From NCBI GenBank assembly GCA_964016885.1, contig OZ024743.1, positions 326,120,001-326,184,000 of the forward strand: 64,000 bases of DNA. The letters run 5' to 3'. The translations under genes and the position numbers were made by a program. This DNA comes from Eledone cirrhosa (lineage: Eukaryota). The notes beneath the pieces were generated by a model. The model saw only the letters and a program-made list of their open reading frames with translations, did no database searches and was not told the origin of the DNA. Within the stretch, counting starts at the first letter, position 1. Each line of letters starts with the position of its first letter. This document shows positions 37,290 to 51,010 of the stretch, piece after piece.

Positions 37290-37620
37290 ACTTTTTGAGT
37301 AATTGTAGCGTTCGTTTGATAGACGGACAAAATAAAGCACACTCATTATCATAGAGTTGTTCTGAGTTCAAATCCCACTGAGGATAACTTTGCCTTTCAT
37401 CCATATTGGGTCGATAAAATAAGGTACCAGTAACCAACTGGTGTTGATTTAATCGACCCCCTTCCCCCAAAGATTGGTGGCCTTGTGTCATAATGTAAAA
37501 ACAATTATTATAGATATACAAAGGGTGGTGAATTGCTGTGTATGTTCTGTTCAAATCCCACTACGGTCAACTTTGTCTTTCATCCGTGCGAGGATGATAA
37601 AATAAATACCAGTTAAAGTC
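37290..37620 (+). mobile_element. Family-A SINE variant plus second partial copy
   Basis: GAGTTCAAATCCCACTGAGGATAACTTTGCCTTTCATCC...CGATAAAATAAGGTACCAG. Confidence 0.75.
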
Positions 37621-37629
37621 TTCCTTTCC

Positions 37630-38410
37630 TGTTACCCCACTACATCTCTTCTGTACCCAGGATTTACATTGTGTACATCATATGGAATTTATGCTTACTC
37701 CTTTTCTACAAATTGAGCAGTGCCTATCTTCAGGGTCCTATCTTCTTTCATACTTACTAGCATTTTAGTTTTTGGTGTTTACTTTCAGACCTTTTGATTC
37801 CAAATTCTGTTTCCATAGTCAGAACTTATTCTTTAGTTCTTTTATGGTTTCAGCTATAAGGACCAGATCATCTGCATAAAGAAGTTCCCATGGACAACCA
37901 GTTTTAAACTCCTCTGTTATAGTCTGGAGAACTAAGATGAATAGCTGTGAGTTGAGAACCGAACCTTGATGATCTACCTCTACCTTGAATTCCTCATTAA
38001 ACTCACTTCCTACTCTCATTTTACTGACAGCCCCTCTGTACATGGCTTCCACTGCTCTCACAAGCCATTCTTCTACACCTAATTTCCTTAAGAACCATTA
38101 GATAATAGATCGAGGTACTCTAGGTACTCTAGATTAACAAAAGCTAAATATAGGCTTATTCTTGGCTAGGAATTTCTCTTGTAGTTTCCTTACTAAAAAG
38201 AGGTCATCTGTAGTATTTTTTCCCAGGCATGAAACCAAACTGTATCTCATCTAAATGGTTCTTTCCCTAATTCGCTGTGCTACAACTTTCTGTCACTTTC
38301 ATAACTTGGTCCATTAGTTTTGCTCCTTTCTAGAGCATTGCCTTTGCCCTGTAGCAATTTATGATTGTACTGCTGTGCCAATATAACTGTTCTGTATTAC
38401 CTGATTGACT
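37630..38410 (-). mobile_element. Degenerate internal RTE RT fragment
   Basis: ORF 37819-38061 HQGSVL...GCPWELLYADDLVLIAET. Confidence 0.88.
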
Positions 38411-38927
38411 ATGTGGGTTACTAGTTTTTACCATGTTTTCCTCTCACCACTCTCCATTGATGTGTATCTCTCTAACTCTATTTCTCTATTCCCCCCCCCC
38501 CCCCCCTTCTCAGTTTTACCCTCTTGTATTTTATTATGCATTACAACATGCATAAAATTTCTGATGCCAAACTCTTTGTTTTTCTTCCTTCTTTAGTAGT
38601 TTTTTCTCTCTCTGGTCATGAAAATCCTATCCTAATATGCATCTCTCTATCTCTCTTTCTCAGCACAACAGCAGAGTATCTGAGTAACAGGAAGAGATGA
38701 TTTGTTAGTAAAGTTGTACGAGTAAGAAAGAGATAAAAAGAAAAAGATAGCAACTGATAGATGTTACGTACAGAAAATAAATATAGATTCAGATACACAT
38801 TATATTGGAATGTACCATGTGATTATGAGTTCAGTCCTGCAGCATTTCACTTTGAGCAATTGTCTTTAACTTAGGTTGATGAAAACTCCGTCAGTGAAAT
38901 TTGTTGAGCAAAAACTGAGCAGGACTC

Positions 38928-39228
38928 CATCATCACCGTTTTACGTCCGTTCTTCCATGCTAGCATGGGTTAGACGAGTTGTTCTGTTGTGGGCAGTGTC
39001 TGGTCGGCTTACCATGCCTTGCTCATACAGGAACTGATTTGGCTTGATTTCTACAGCTGGATGCCCTTCCTAACACCAACCTCATTTACAGTGAGTGCTG
39101 GGTGCTTTTTCCGTGGCGCCTACACGTCCACTTTACAGTGTGGGCTGGGTGCTTTTTTGCCGTGGCACCTCCACGACCACCTTGTAGTGGGAGGGTGTGG
39201 GGGCATATTGTCTATATGCTTCAGCATA
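38928..39228 (-). mobile_element. 5'-truncated RTE 3'-UTR module
   Basis: Nearly identical to 42523-42825. Confidence 0.88.
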
Positions 39229-40210
39229 TATATATAAATGCATTCATGAGTTTTATATCGAATATTATTTGATTTGTTTGCAAGCAAACAGCCTTATTAC
39301 GCTATGTTTTTTAGATGACCATCATCATCTTTTTGTTCTAGCAGTGACAGAGAGAAACAACCGACAATATTGTTTCTGGGTTATTGCCCTTTATCAAGAT
39401 TGTGTATTTCTTTTGTCACTCACTAAAGCTATTGAGAATATATAGTATTCTCTAAAGTAACATTGGCTGATAAGCCTAATTTGACTGTGGCCTTGCTTCA
39501 GTGCTGAGAAACAAGACATTGAAAGTTAGAAAATAAATATGAATGTAGAAAATTAATATGACATAATATGTCATAGCAGCATAGTAAGACTACATTGGTA
39601 CATGCAAGCACATGTCACAGGCCTAAATGGATATTTGACATAAATTTTTATTCTTTTACTGGTTTCAGTAATAGGACTGTTGTCATGCTGGGGCACCACC
39701 TTAATTTAGTTGATCATATCAACTCCAGTGCTTATTTTACTGATCGCTTTTTTATCAAACCTCTAAGTTACAGGTCATAAACACAGACATGGGTGGACAC
39801 CATGTATATGTATAATGAGCTTCTGCTGATTTCATGTACAAAATTCCACTCTCAAAGTATTGGTCAACCTGAGGCTATAGTAAATGACACCCGATGTGAC
39901 TTGCAGCTGGACTGAACCCAGAACTACATGGTTGTAAAGTGAATTATTTAATCACACTGCCATGCCTGTGTCTATGTGTATTTGAATATGTGTGCATGAA
40001 GTGAATGCAACACAATATACATAGTTATACAATCTCTCAAGACAGTAACCATTTTGGTATTGAGAGTATTAAGTAGAAGGTAAGAGCAATTTAAAGATAG
40101 GACCTTTTAGAATTCTGTGGAAAATGAACTCCATTGTTTTATATCTTTATGGACATGCAAAGTAGTGTAGAGCTATAGATTAATATGGTTAAACTTGGAG
40201 TTATGATAGC

Positions 40211-40445
40211 CATGGTTTCCAAACTTATTTTGTTGCAGGGCCCTTATACGATATTCCAAAAAATTCATGTAACCCATGATTATATTTTACAAAGAATCCC
40301 CATCATCCTAATGTTAATAAGATATTAAATGAAACAAAATTTATTTTAGAGTTATAGAGATAGAATTTATTCATATAAAAGAAGCATAACAAATTTATTT
40401 AATTTTATAAAAGTACACCTTATCTCGCAGAACCCACTTTAGTTT
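40211..40445. mobile_element. hAT-like non-autonomous element fragment
   Basis: CATGGTTTCCAAAC end and ATCTCGCAGAACCCACTTT; inverted homologue at about 49118-49610. Confidence 0.45.
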
Positions 40446-41099
40446 GTTGAGGGTGAGCAGGTATAGTCTTAGTGAAAAGTATTTGTATACTTTTTATTAT
40501 ACAAGTGTTATATGGTTTGTTATTATCTGAATAATCCTTTTATAGTATATTCAATCTCAGGTGGTATTCTATATTCTTAGTTTTTAAGTCCCTGATGTAG
40601 TTTGATAATGGGATTTTGGAATTTGTGGATGTGCAAAGGAAAACTTGGCATAAAATAGTTAGAGGTGCAGCCGTTTCATCTATATGACCCCCCCCCCCCC
40701 CCCCAATAAAAAAGTCAGTTAGGCATAGCTGAAAAATTCCACATATTAAGTAAGTATATATATATTTTTTTAAATAAAAAAAATCAGAATTACTTTCCAA
40801 AAGTAGGCCACAGAACAAATATTTACTGAACCACTTTCAAATATAAATTGGCTAAATTCTTACATACTAAAAAATATTGCCAGAAGCAATCACCCATTAG
40901 TTTATAATATATACAAAATTTTACATTGCAAGCAAGCTGATCCTAAACACAAAAATCACTCAGATGCAACTGCCACAAGGACATATATTGACTTAAAACT
41001 GTTCATCTATAGAACATTTCACTTGCAGTTATCTGTCCCGATGAAATTCATTTTCAGACTTACCTTGATCTTGTGTGTTTGAATCTATACATATATAAG

Positions 41100-42350
41100 T
41101 GAGTATCTGCTTCCCTCATCACACCCACCATTTTCAAACTCACCAACCCCCACACCTACCTTCATTTCACATCCTTATACACCACCCACACCAAACATTC
41201 CATCCCCTACTCTAATTCATTTGCCTTCGTTGCCTGTGCCCAAACCCAATATATGGCGAGACTGTTCACTTAGCAAAGATACCCCCAATCCTGGTCCACA
41301 CTGCCCTCACCTGAGCCCGTGAAGTAGATCACATCACTGCCCTCACACCATGCCACTGGCCTCCTCACCAACCGGCTACCCTTCCTCCTTACCTATCACC
41401 TCTTCACCTTGCCTCTCCAGAGGATCATTCCCTGTCTCTTCTGCAACTTCCATCATTTTCTATCTTCCACCACTTCCCCTTTTCAAGTGCACATGCAACT
41501 TCCGTAATTTACTCGTCTACAGTTCGCTTTCCCCTTCCCCTCATCTGCTCTTGACCCTGTTGCAACAATTATCCTTTCCTCATTGACATGACCATTCTCA
41601 CCGGACCCACTGGTTGTACTTTCCACATTAGAGACTCCTTCTGTTGCACCTCCACGAATCTCGTTTATGAAATCAGGTGCACACTAAGTGAAGCTGACTA
41701 TATTGGCCAAACTGTCCGTCATTTGGTGGACGGATAGGCTGAGCCCCTCCATGACATCTGACTGGGCAATCCGTTTCCCATTTCCTGACATTTCTGTTCC
41801 GCCTGACACTCCACAAACCTCCTCACAATTTTCGACCTTATTACCTGTGCTGGATCACTGTGCCAGACCACTGGATTCACACCTCAGGAGGGAACAGTAC
41901 CTCATTTTTCTCTCTCCAATCTATTACCTCCTCTGGTCAAAACACCACCACTTTTCTCCTAGCCAGCGCCTTCCTCACACCCACCACCATTCCACTCACA
42001 TGAACACCCCCAACAACACACGGACTCTTCCACCAACACATGGATACACTAACACACCCCCATAACTGCACATGAACACACACTCTCGCGTGCACATATA
42101 TACACATACTATTTTATTTTATTTGCGTTTTTCTTTTTGTATTCTTTTTCTACATTCTGAACGCTATTCTCGATGAAGAGCAAATGTCCGATACGTTGAC
42201 CGTTACTCACTCACTCTCTTTTAAGCGTGAAACTAATGCGACTATGTTAATGCATCCTCTTGTTTGTTCGTTTCTTTTTATTTTTATATTGTACTGTGTC
42301 GTTTGCTTTGTTATTTGTTTGCCTTTTGCGCACGCACATCTATATATATA
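41100..42350 (+). mobile_element. Second Penelope-like element remnant (GIY-YIG domain and 3' end), highly decayed
   Basis: 41600-41770 translates TGPTGCTFHIRDSFCCTSTNLVYEIRCTLSEADYIGQTVRHLVDG*AEPLHDI (xVY..C..YIGQT..L..R..EH pattern); degenerate hammerhead-like CTCGATGAAGAGCAAATGTCCGATACGT near 42170. Confidence 0.75.
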
Positions 42351-42521
42351 AATAAATAAATAAATGGTATACATGTATCCGTATGCATGTAGGAGCATAA
42401 ATGTGTGTATATATCAATCCACACCTACACATTTATATGAATGTGTGTATGTTGGTAAACATGTCTGCATAGGTAAGAGAGTGGGTGTGGTTATATGCAT
42501 GTTTGTGTATGAATCTATATA

Positions 42522-43395
42522 TCATCATCATCATCACCGTTTTACGTCCGTTCTTCCACGCTAGCATGGGTTAGACGGGTTGTCCTGTTGTGGGCAGTGT
42601 CTGGTCGGCTGACCATGCCTTGCTCATACAGAAACTGATTTGGCTTGATTTCTACAGCTGGATGCCCTTCCTAACACCAACCTCATTTACAGTGAGTGCT
42701 GGGTGCTTTTTCGTGGCGCCTACACGTCCACTTTACAGTGTGGGCTGGGTGCTTTTTTGCCGTGGCACCTCCACGACCACCTTGCAGTGGGGGGTGTGGG
42801 GGCATATTGTCTATATGCTTCAGCTTGTACCCATGGGAGGTCGGGTACTCTGTATTACTGCGTGACGCCAGAGGTCACGGTCGTGTGTCATCGCCTTTGA
42901 GAGGTGTAATTGGGTAAGGTCGGCTTTTATCACCTCATCCCAGGTCATCTTGGGTCTCCCCACTCCGCGGTTTCCATCGCCTTCTAGTGCTCTGCACCTT
43001 TTTATGCAGCTGTCATCCTTCATACGCGTAACATGTCCATACCAACGCAACCGCCTCTCCTGCACACAGCATTTGATTCCTCTTATGCTCAGTCTCTCTC
43101 TCAATTCATTTATGCTGTGTCGTTCGCGTATATTACTATTACACATCCATCGGAGCATGCAGGCTTCGTTTCTCTCTAATCTACGTAAGTCTTCCACCTT
43201 CAGCGCCCAGGTCTCACTACCATGCAACATCGCTGTTCGGATACACGCATCATACAGTCTGCCTTTCATTTTGAGGGAGAAGCCTTTTGCAGCCAGCAGT
43301 GGTAGTAGTTCCCTAAACTTCTTCCATCCCGTTCTTACCCTAGTTATTGTACTTTCTGAACACCCACCTCCGCTGCTAATTCGGTCACCTAGGTA
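42522..43395 (-). mobile_element. RTE LINE 3' end with intact C-terminal reading frame
   Basis: ORF 42820-43419: YLGDRISSGGG...RRLRWYGHVTRM...GRPKMTW...DRDLWR; 3' module and (CAT)n on +. Confidence 0.93.
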
Positions 43396-43450
43396 AAAAT
43401 CAAGAAAGGAGAGTGACATGGTTTGCTATACAATACGGGCTTTATTCACA

Positions 43451-43560
43451 TTGCTGACAATTGTTTATCCGAACTGGTAGGTCTAGAGATCGCTACCCGC
43501 CTGTTATTGCGTCAATCGATCACCAATACTTTGTTATAACCAGTCTATTCATCAGAGCAT
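43451..43560 (-). ncRNA. Degenerate type I hammerhead-ribozyme-like motif
   Basis: Minus strand ATGCT-CTGATGA-ATAGACTGGT...ACCAGT-TCGGATAAAC-AATT-GTC-AGCAA then AATAAA: stem I, core, long stem II and palindromic stem III; GAAA box altered. Confidence 0.5.
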
Positions 43561-44916
43561 GCGAGAATGAAGGATATACACATGCATGGCTTATCCCCCC
43601 CCCCTCTCTCTATATATATATTTATTGAAATAACAGATTAAAGTTTAAGCAAAGAATCGCTGCTTTCACCCTTAACGGGATCTTCTGAAACTATATATAT
43701 ATTTTATTATATTATATTATAGAAGTGATTTCGTAAGAAATCACCTGGAGAGCCCCAATTTCATACGAATGAGGCAGTTCTAGTCCTGTAGAAGTCATTT
43801 CTATAATAAAATAAAGAGTACTTTTTTAAAAACTATAGTCACCCCTCGATATAGATCGGGAATCCACCTATATATATATATATATATACACATACGTATA
43901 TACATACATACATCCGTATGTTTGCGTTTGCAATAGAGAATATTTGTTTATGCACACAGATATACACCCGTATATGTGTGTATGTACGGCGTTCTCTTTT
44001 TGTACACTACTTTCAGATGATGTACTGCTTTTTCTTCATTTTAACTTAGCTTTATTGTTCATATTTATATACAGTATTATGTGATGATGTTGGTATAATA
44101 CACAATCACACTATTTGTATATTTTTATAGACTTTTTATTTTTAAGTCTGCACAATCAATCAGACCCTGAGACTTGGTGTTATATTTGTGATTTGGGTCT
44201 TCGTACGCGGGCGTGTGTGTATATACTGATGGATGGATCTATTTTCACACGTCATGTTCCTTCAAATAGCGATTACATTGATATAAATTATGTGTGCATA
44301 TTGAATATTTTCAAAATTATTTGAAAATCATAGGCAGGGTCTTTCATTAGAAATATGGAAATAAAATGTCTATATTCATCTAAAAACCTTCCATCATTAC
44401 TTTGTGTAAGAACATTTATTTAGTTACATCTCAGACACCAACCACCAACTTAATAACGAAAAAGTTAGTTATATTACTAAATCTGCCCAAATTTTTGATT
44501 ATTAGAAATGTATATAATTGAAAACCATAGGCACTATGTTTCATGAGAAATATAATAAAGAAAGTGTTAAACCATACATAAGCATTCTCTTTTCTCTCTC
44601 TATATATACGTATCTACCAAACAATACGTTTCCACGTTCAGTATTGTTTTTCGCTTGTAATATGCAAGCGAAAAAAAAAATCATCTAAAGTCCTGTATTT
44701 CAAGTTAGTTATTACCCTGAAATCTTCTCAGCATTCGGTAAATTAACAAGATAATATAACTAATGAAAAACCGGAAGTGAGGCAGCCTAATTAATGTACT
44801 AATACCAACACACACACACACATGGATGAGCTTTGATATGTAAACATAAAGGTAATTTATATCTTTTAATACATGCTATTATCTCTATTACTAGTATTGT
44901 GAATGTCCAGTTAATC

Positions 44917-44947
<31 letters not shown>

Positions 44948-45113
44948 CACCCGTTCTCAGCACAACCATACACGGGTTGAAAATCCGCGTCTTCGAGTAT
45001 GATTTGCTGATTTGTTGTGGAACTAACTCTATACCGAACTCGTCCTCTGGACCGATTGCTCTACTTACTATGGGTATAACCTCCCGGTTTTTACTATCAC
45101 TACTACTACTACT

Positions 45114-45170
<57 letters not shown>

Positions 45171-45400
45171 TACACACACAAGGCTGTTGATGTGATTTTG
45201 TTAAATTTGTTTTTATAAAGTATCCTATTGGTTGTTATTGTAAAAGGGAGTGAAATACACTGAAGTGTATTTATCGCTAGTTGAAATCTATATCAATATC
45301 AACTATTTCTGTCTTTTTATTAATTGAATTTTTCTAATGTTACACCGATGACAGGAAAGACAGCTAAGTTAATACATTATGTAGTGAAGGTACATGATTT

Positions 45401-45515
45401 ATTTCATATAGAAACGACTTCTACAGGACGAGAACTATTCTGTGTGTTTGAAATCCTAATGATTTCTAATTAATGAAGCAGTTCTAGACATGTAGAAGTC
45501 ACTTCTATATGAAAT
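45401..45515. mobile_element. Short palindromic MITE
   Basis: ATTTCATATAGAAACGACTTCTACAGGACGAGAACT / AGTTCTAGACATGTAGAAGTCACTTCTATATGAAAT; related copy at about 43717-43807. Confidence 0.65.
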
Positions 45516-45656
45516 TAAAAACATTATGTATATAAATTAGTAAAATCCCAATGGATAGTCCACTCCATTTCGGCTGACCTGCAAGCAAGCTCAGTGGCTT
45601 CCTGTACACACACAGTCACTATGGCTATATAATTGAATGTTGTTTTTAAATCTTGA

Positions 45657-45725
<69 letters not shown>

Positions 45726-47959
45726 TTTTTCAAGTCTGGTGTTGTTTTTACCCATCCCTTTTTGTCGAACCGCTATATTACGGGACATAAACATAGGCGG
45801 ACAGATACACAAAGACCTATATACGACGAGCTTCTGCAGTTTCCAAATTCCGCTCATAAAGCATTGGTTAAACCAAGCTATAGTAGAAGACACTTGCACA
45901 GTGGGGCTGAACTCAGAATCATATATTTGTGAAGCGAACTTCTTAACCACACAGCCATTTACCTTTCAATAATCATCCGCGTGCGCGTACATATGCCTGG
46001 CTATGTCTGTACGCGCTCGCACACATACAATTTATTAGTTTATGCAGATCCAAGTTTTAAGCCACTGCTGTTTAGGAGTTTTATAGCTTTTTAAAAAACC
46101 TGTCCCCTTCTTGGTATGTAACATTAAGGCTGCCCAATGCTTTAGACGTATGGGAGTAGTGGGAAAAGTGTGTATATGAGAACGAGAACTAAGGATGTGT
46201 GAGTGATGTTGGTAACGATGACGTCGAAAGCGATGCTGAAGCAACTGGAATATTGTAGAGTACTTTTTTTAAAATTTTCTTTACTATGATAGATGCTACT
46301 TGCTACATATACAAGAGATGTTATATACGCATACATGCACGCACGCGCATTTAAAATTTTGTACGAATACTTTTAATGCTTGCATTGAATTTTTCTATAC
46401 CTTCATATTTACCTGTCTATCTAGCTTTTTAACGAACAGTTATACTATTTTCGTATTTAAAATTGACGGTAAATCCCTCTGTATTTCTTCAGTTTCCGTG
46501 TTTCTAGATAGTTGTTTGGCTTCAAATATGCAAGTATCAATTTGCAGTTAAATCACTTGGTCCGTGTAAAACCTGTGTTTTTTCTTTTAGTTTTCACTGT
46601 ACGTAGATGTCAATACAATATATGTTTGTACGCAAAAGACAATAGGTGTATATACGTACGTACGTAACGTAAATGATAATACCATAGATTTAGTTCCGCA
46701 ACAATGTATGTACGTAATGGAACGATCTTCCTTTTCCTTATCCACCCAGCATGGTTCAAAACACCTAGTCAATTGCCCAGTCCGTACGTTTTAATTGTTT
46801 TCTTCATCTTCCTCACTCAGACTCTCCTTTTCTTAAAGCCTGCTCACCGCCATCATGTTTCTCATTCGATCTCTCTTCGTTATTTCTGTCATTCATTCTA
46901 ATTCCGTATCATGTTTGTTTACTTTTCTTGTTTATTTACAAAAATCAATCCATTTCTGTCGTATTCTAAGGCAATACAAATAAACAAGCAAACTACACAT
47001 GGAATAAAGGAGGCGTAACAGAGAAATCTGTGCGCGTGTTATGCAAACATAAAATATGATGAGAATGATGAGAATTTCTCACATTGGCACAAGGCCATAT
47101 ATATTATAGTGGGTTGGATTTAATTTTGTTTAATTAAGTAATTGTATTTTGGTTAGTTTAGATTTGTTGTACTTAGTTGTTGGGAAGTAGACAAAGATCC
47201 CATTTTGATGTGGCTTTAATTTTATTTTTATTTAACTGAGTAGTTTTGTGTGGTGTGTTTGGCTAGTTTAGGCTTATATTTTGTTGTTAGGCAGGGTTGT
47301 ATAAAGAAACGTTATATAAACATACATGCATGGTCCCGCAACTCCTAAAGGAGTCGTAGGGGCGCCGTATACATCGTTTCTAGGACACTTTTTAAACTTG
47401 GCAGAGCTCAAACCCTGCCCATGTCTGACTATAGCAGATTTCTTCCAGAGAAGGATAGTGAGAAAGATATATAGAGACAAAATCGACCCCAGTACTAGGC
47501 AGGTATTTTTTTATCGACCTTGAATGGATGACAGGCAAAGTTGACCCCGGCGGGTTTTGAACTCGGAGCATATATATATATATATATATATAGTTCGCCT
47601 CCAATACATGACGATAACACTTCTTATCGGCCACGAAGAAAAAGTTAAGTCGATCATATAATAACAATCTTTTCTTTGGAGTAGAATTTTTGACTCCAGT
47701 GCATGATTAGTTTTTATTTTATTGACATAATTGGGACGTAAAACGCGAACAATGGTTTCTAACATAGGTGAAGACACGTCTTTTGTAAAGGTTTGCAGTC
47801 ATGACACTTATTTTATTAACTCTATAGAGTTAATGATGAAACGGGAAGTTAACGATGGCGAGATTTGAAACTATAATGTAAAGGGACGTAACTAAATTTA
47901 TTATATTTGTTAGGGATATAATGGTACAATAATTTTGGTGTTGCTGGTGGTGTTCTGAT

Positions 47960-48157
47960 TTAGGCCAATAATTTTTCTTTTGGAGGCGGAGAGGAGATTT
48001 GATTAAATCGACTACAGCGCGTTACTGGTACTTTATTTGACCCTATAAGGTTGAAAGGCAAAATTATCCTCGGCGGAATTTGAACTTGGAACGCAAAGGG
48101 TCGTAATTATGTGCCACAAACCATTTTGTTCGACGCTCTATCGACAATCCACCGCCC
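47960..48157 (-). mobile_element. Family-A SINE (older copy)
   Basis: GAAAGGCAAAATTATCCTCGGCGGAATTTGAAC...AATCCACCGCCC on +. Confidence 0.75.
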
Positions 48158-48195
48158 TTTTATCAGAAGTAGAATATAAACACTTTTGTTTCACA

Positions 48196-48658
48196 TACCG
48201 TATATGCTCGAATATGTCTGAGAAGTAGGCAAAAATCCAAACCCCCTTTCTCGTATCAGGCAATCAACACACATTTTGATGGTGCCGCTTTGAAATTCTC
48301 ATGAGTGGAGAATTTATTTATGGATATTTTAAGTATTGTTTAGAAAGATCGTTTTTGTTTGACAACTCCATTACGTAATGATTTATTACTAATTTCCAAC
48401 CGTTTTGAAGGCCACATTCATTCAAAATATATATTTAAAAAAAAAAACGAAAAAAACCCCCCAAAACACTCTGGGAAATACGAATTTAACGTCGAAAGTG
48501 AAATCGGTGTAATATTCAACTCCAAACATCTCATTTAACGTAGAATTTTGAAGTTGGCAAAAATCAGCAAAATATTGACCTCGAATATAAATCGACACCA
48601 TTTTACCATCGACCCCCCCCCCCCATATTTCCTGGCTTATATACAAGTATATACGATA
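48196..48658. mobile_element. pogo/Tigger-like non-autonomous transposon
   Basis: TIR TACCGTATATGCTCGAATAT / CTTATATACAAGTATATACGATA; internal homology with 60391-60650. Confidence 0.6.
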
Positions 48659-50786
48659 ATTATGCATATAAATAAATAAAAAAAACAGAACTGGGAAAAG
48701 ACACACTCCAGCAAGGGAAGTTGGAGTTTCTTTTTAATAATTTTTAAGGCAAGTCAACACTCGCAGTATTGCCGCAGGTGATAGCGTGGTTAAGACGCTG
48801 GAATAAACCAAACATCCTCAACAGGAGCAGCACCTGATATTACCGAACCTCGTTGTCAGTGGCCCAGCTCCCCCAAATATCTTAGGTTGAAGAAAAAAAC
48901 AACAGTTTACTGATACTATATCAATTCTTCCATCTTAAAGATTTTGTAGAAAGCCACACATTTAAATATAGTCGATTATATATCAGTTGGTAATTTTATT
49001 GATTGCTAAATGATAAGTTGAGTGGACCAAGGCAGAATTTGAACTCTAGACATAAAAGGACATAACTAAATGCAACAAGTGATTTATGAGTGACAATTAT
49101 TTTATTGATTCTAACAGCAATATTTCCCAAAGTGAGTTCTGCGAGATGAGATGTCCATAAAAACGACATGAAATTTGCAGCTTACACCTATGCAGGTTTG
49201 GCCTCCTATGAGGTTGCTTCTCATAGAAGATTTCATTATCATCACCATCATATGTTCACTCTCCATGCTGGCATGGTAGGACGCATCTTCATGCTCATAT
49301 GTTCCATATTTGGCATGCTTTGTATGACTGAATCCTAGTGTACTGAGTGCGCTTTTGTGACACTAGCACTACCACATTACAGAGTAGTCTGGGTGCATTT
49401 TAGCATGGTCCTAACACTACCATGCTACAGGGTCTACTAGGTGCATTTTATTGTACTATCACACTTTACATGTTTTTCAGATGTAAATTTAATAAAAATT
49501 AATCATTAGGTTTATATGAATAAATTCTTTCTCTAAAAGAACCCTTGCAGTGGGAATTGTCCATAAAATATAGGTATGGGTTTTGCAACATATTAAGTTT
49601 GGAAACCATTGTCTTAGTGGGATAAAAGGCAACATTGATTTTGTCAATCCATTATTTATGGAGAACTGTAACATTTTAAATACTGGTACTGTTGTTCAAC
49701 ATTCACCATAAATATGTGTGTGTGTGTATTCAATTTCAAATATGCCTCCATGTTACATTTTTAGCATGTTTACTAAATAAGCCAGTTTTCGCCTTTGTTA
49801 GAATGAAACGAACCTCTGTTGGTTTCAACAATGATTGTTCCAGTTTTTTAATGAAATTAACATATAAGTGACTGAGCAGTCAATAGACACATGTACCCAT
49901 AATGTAATTCTCACAGTGATTCAGCATGAACAGTCCATCTGACAGGCTTCCAAACTGTTTCCGTTTACCCATGGGTCAACATAAGGCTATGGTAAATGAT
50001 ACTTACCCAAAGTACCATGCAGTGGAATAGAACCTGGGACCTAATGATTGTGAAGCGAACTTCTTAATCATTTGACTATGTCGCATCCTCTTATTGGAGT
50101 AGTTTTTAAGTGAAGTTGTGTTTTTTTTACATTTTTATTTGAGTATCTTTTTTTACACTTGTTTCAGTCATTAAACTGTGGCTATACTGGGTTCCACCTT
50201 GATTTAGTTGATCATACTAACTTTAGTACTCAGTTTTCAAGTCTGGTAGTTATTTTATCGATCTCTTTTTGTTGAACTGCTATGTCACAGGACATAAACA
50301 GGGATGGACACACATAAGATGGGTTTCTGCAATTTCCATCTACCAAATTTCACTCACATGGTTATAGTATAGACATGCCCATGGTGCCACACAGCATGGC
50401 TGAAGCAAAAACCAAATAGTTTGCAATGCAAACTCTTTGATCACATGTCATGCATGTATATCATAGGTTTTTTTCATTGTGTTGTAGCCTTATAGTCTGT
50501 AGCTATGGCTTCTGTTTTAGACAGTATATTTTTCTTGACACAAGAAATGTTTTTCCTTTTAGCTAAAATTCCTTATGTTTTTGTGATTTTATCCAGGCTA
50601 GCACTGATTATATTGACCCATGATCAAAGTTGTTTCTGCTCTGACCATCTTTCCTTAGCCCTAGTATACCTGGAACTTCAATGTAATTTTTTTTATCAAT
50701 ATGGTAAGTTGTCCTCCGAGGCATGCTTGACTGCTATTTCTAGCAGGTTTAATGATATCGTGCACTGGAGTCGTTGAATTGATTAA

Positions 50787-51010
50787 CCCTTTATTTAGCA
50801 TTACATTACTCTATATATACGATTGCATTTTTGTGGTAAAGGCTTTACCTCATATAATTATCTCTCATAATATCGAATCTATGAGATTTTGATGTTATTT
50901 ATTTTGAGAACAATACCTTAACGTCAGTATGAGTGGCCAGTTATGGCCGGTTTGAACAGAAAGAGGTGAGAGAATTCTGGCCGGATACAGCCGGTTTAAA
51001 TGCTAAAGAG
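50787..51010. mobile_element. piggyBac-like MITE
   Basis: TTAA-CCCTTTA..TAGCATT ... AATGCTAAAGAG-TTAA; second copy at 55887-56094. Confidence 0.75.

Noticed and set aside
38664-38721. Exon candidate with strong acceptor and GTAAGA donor
   Set aside because: Stops in all three frames; could only be a UTR exon and cannot be supported
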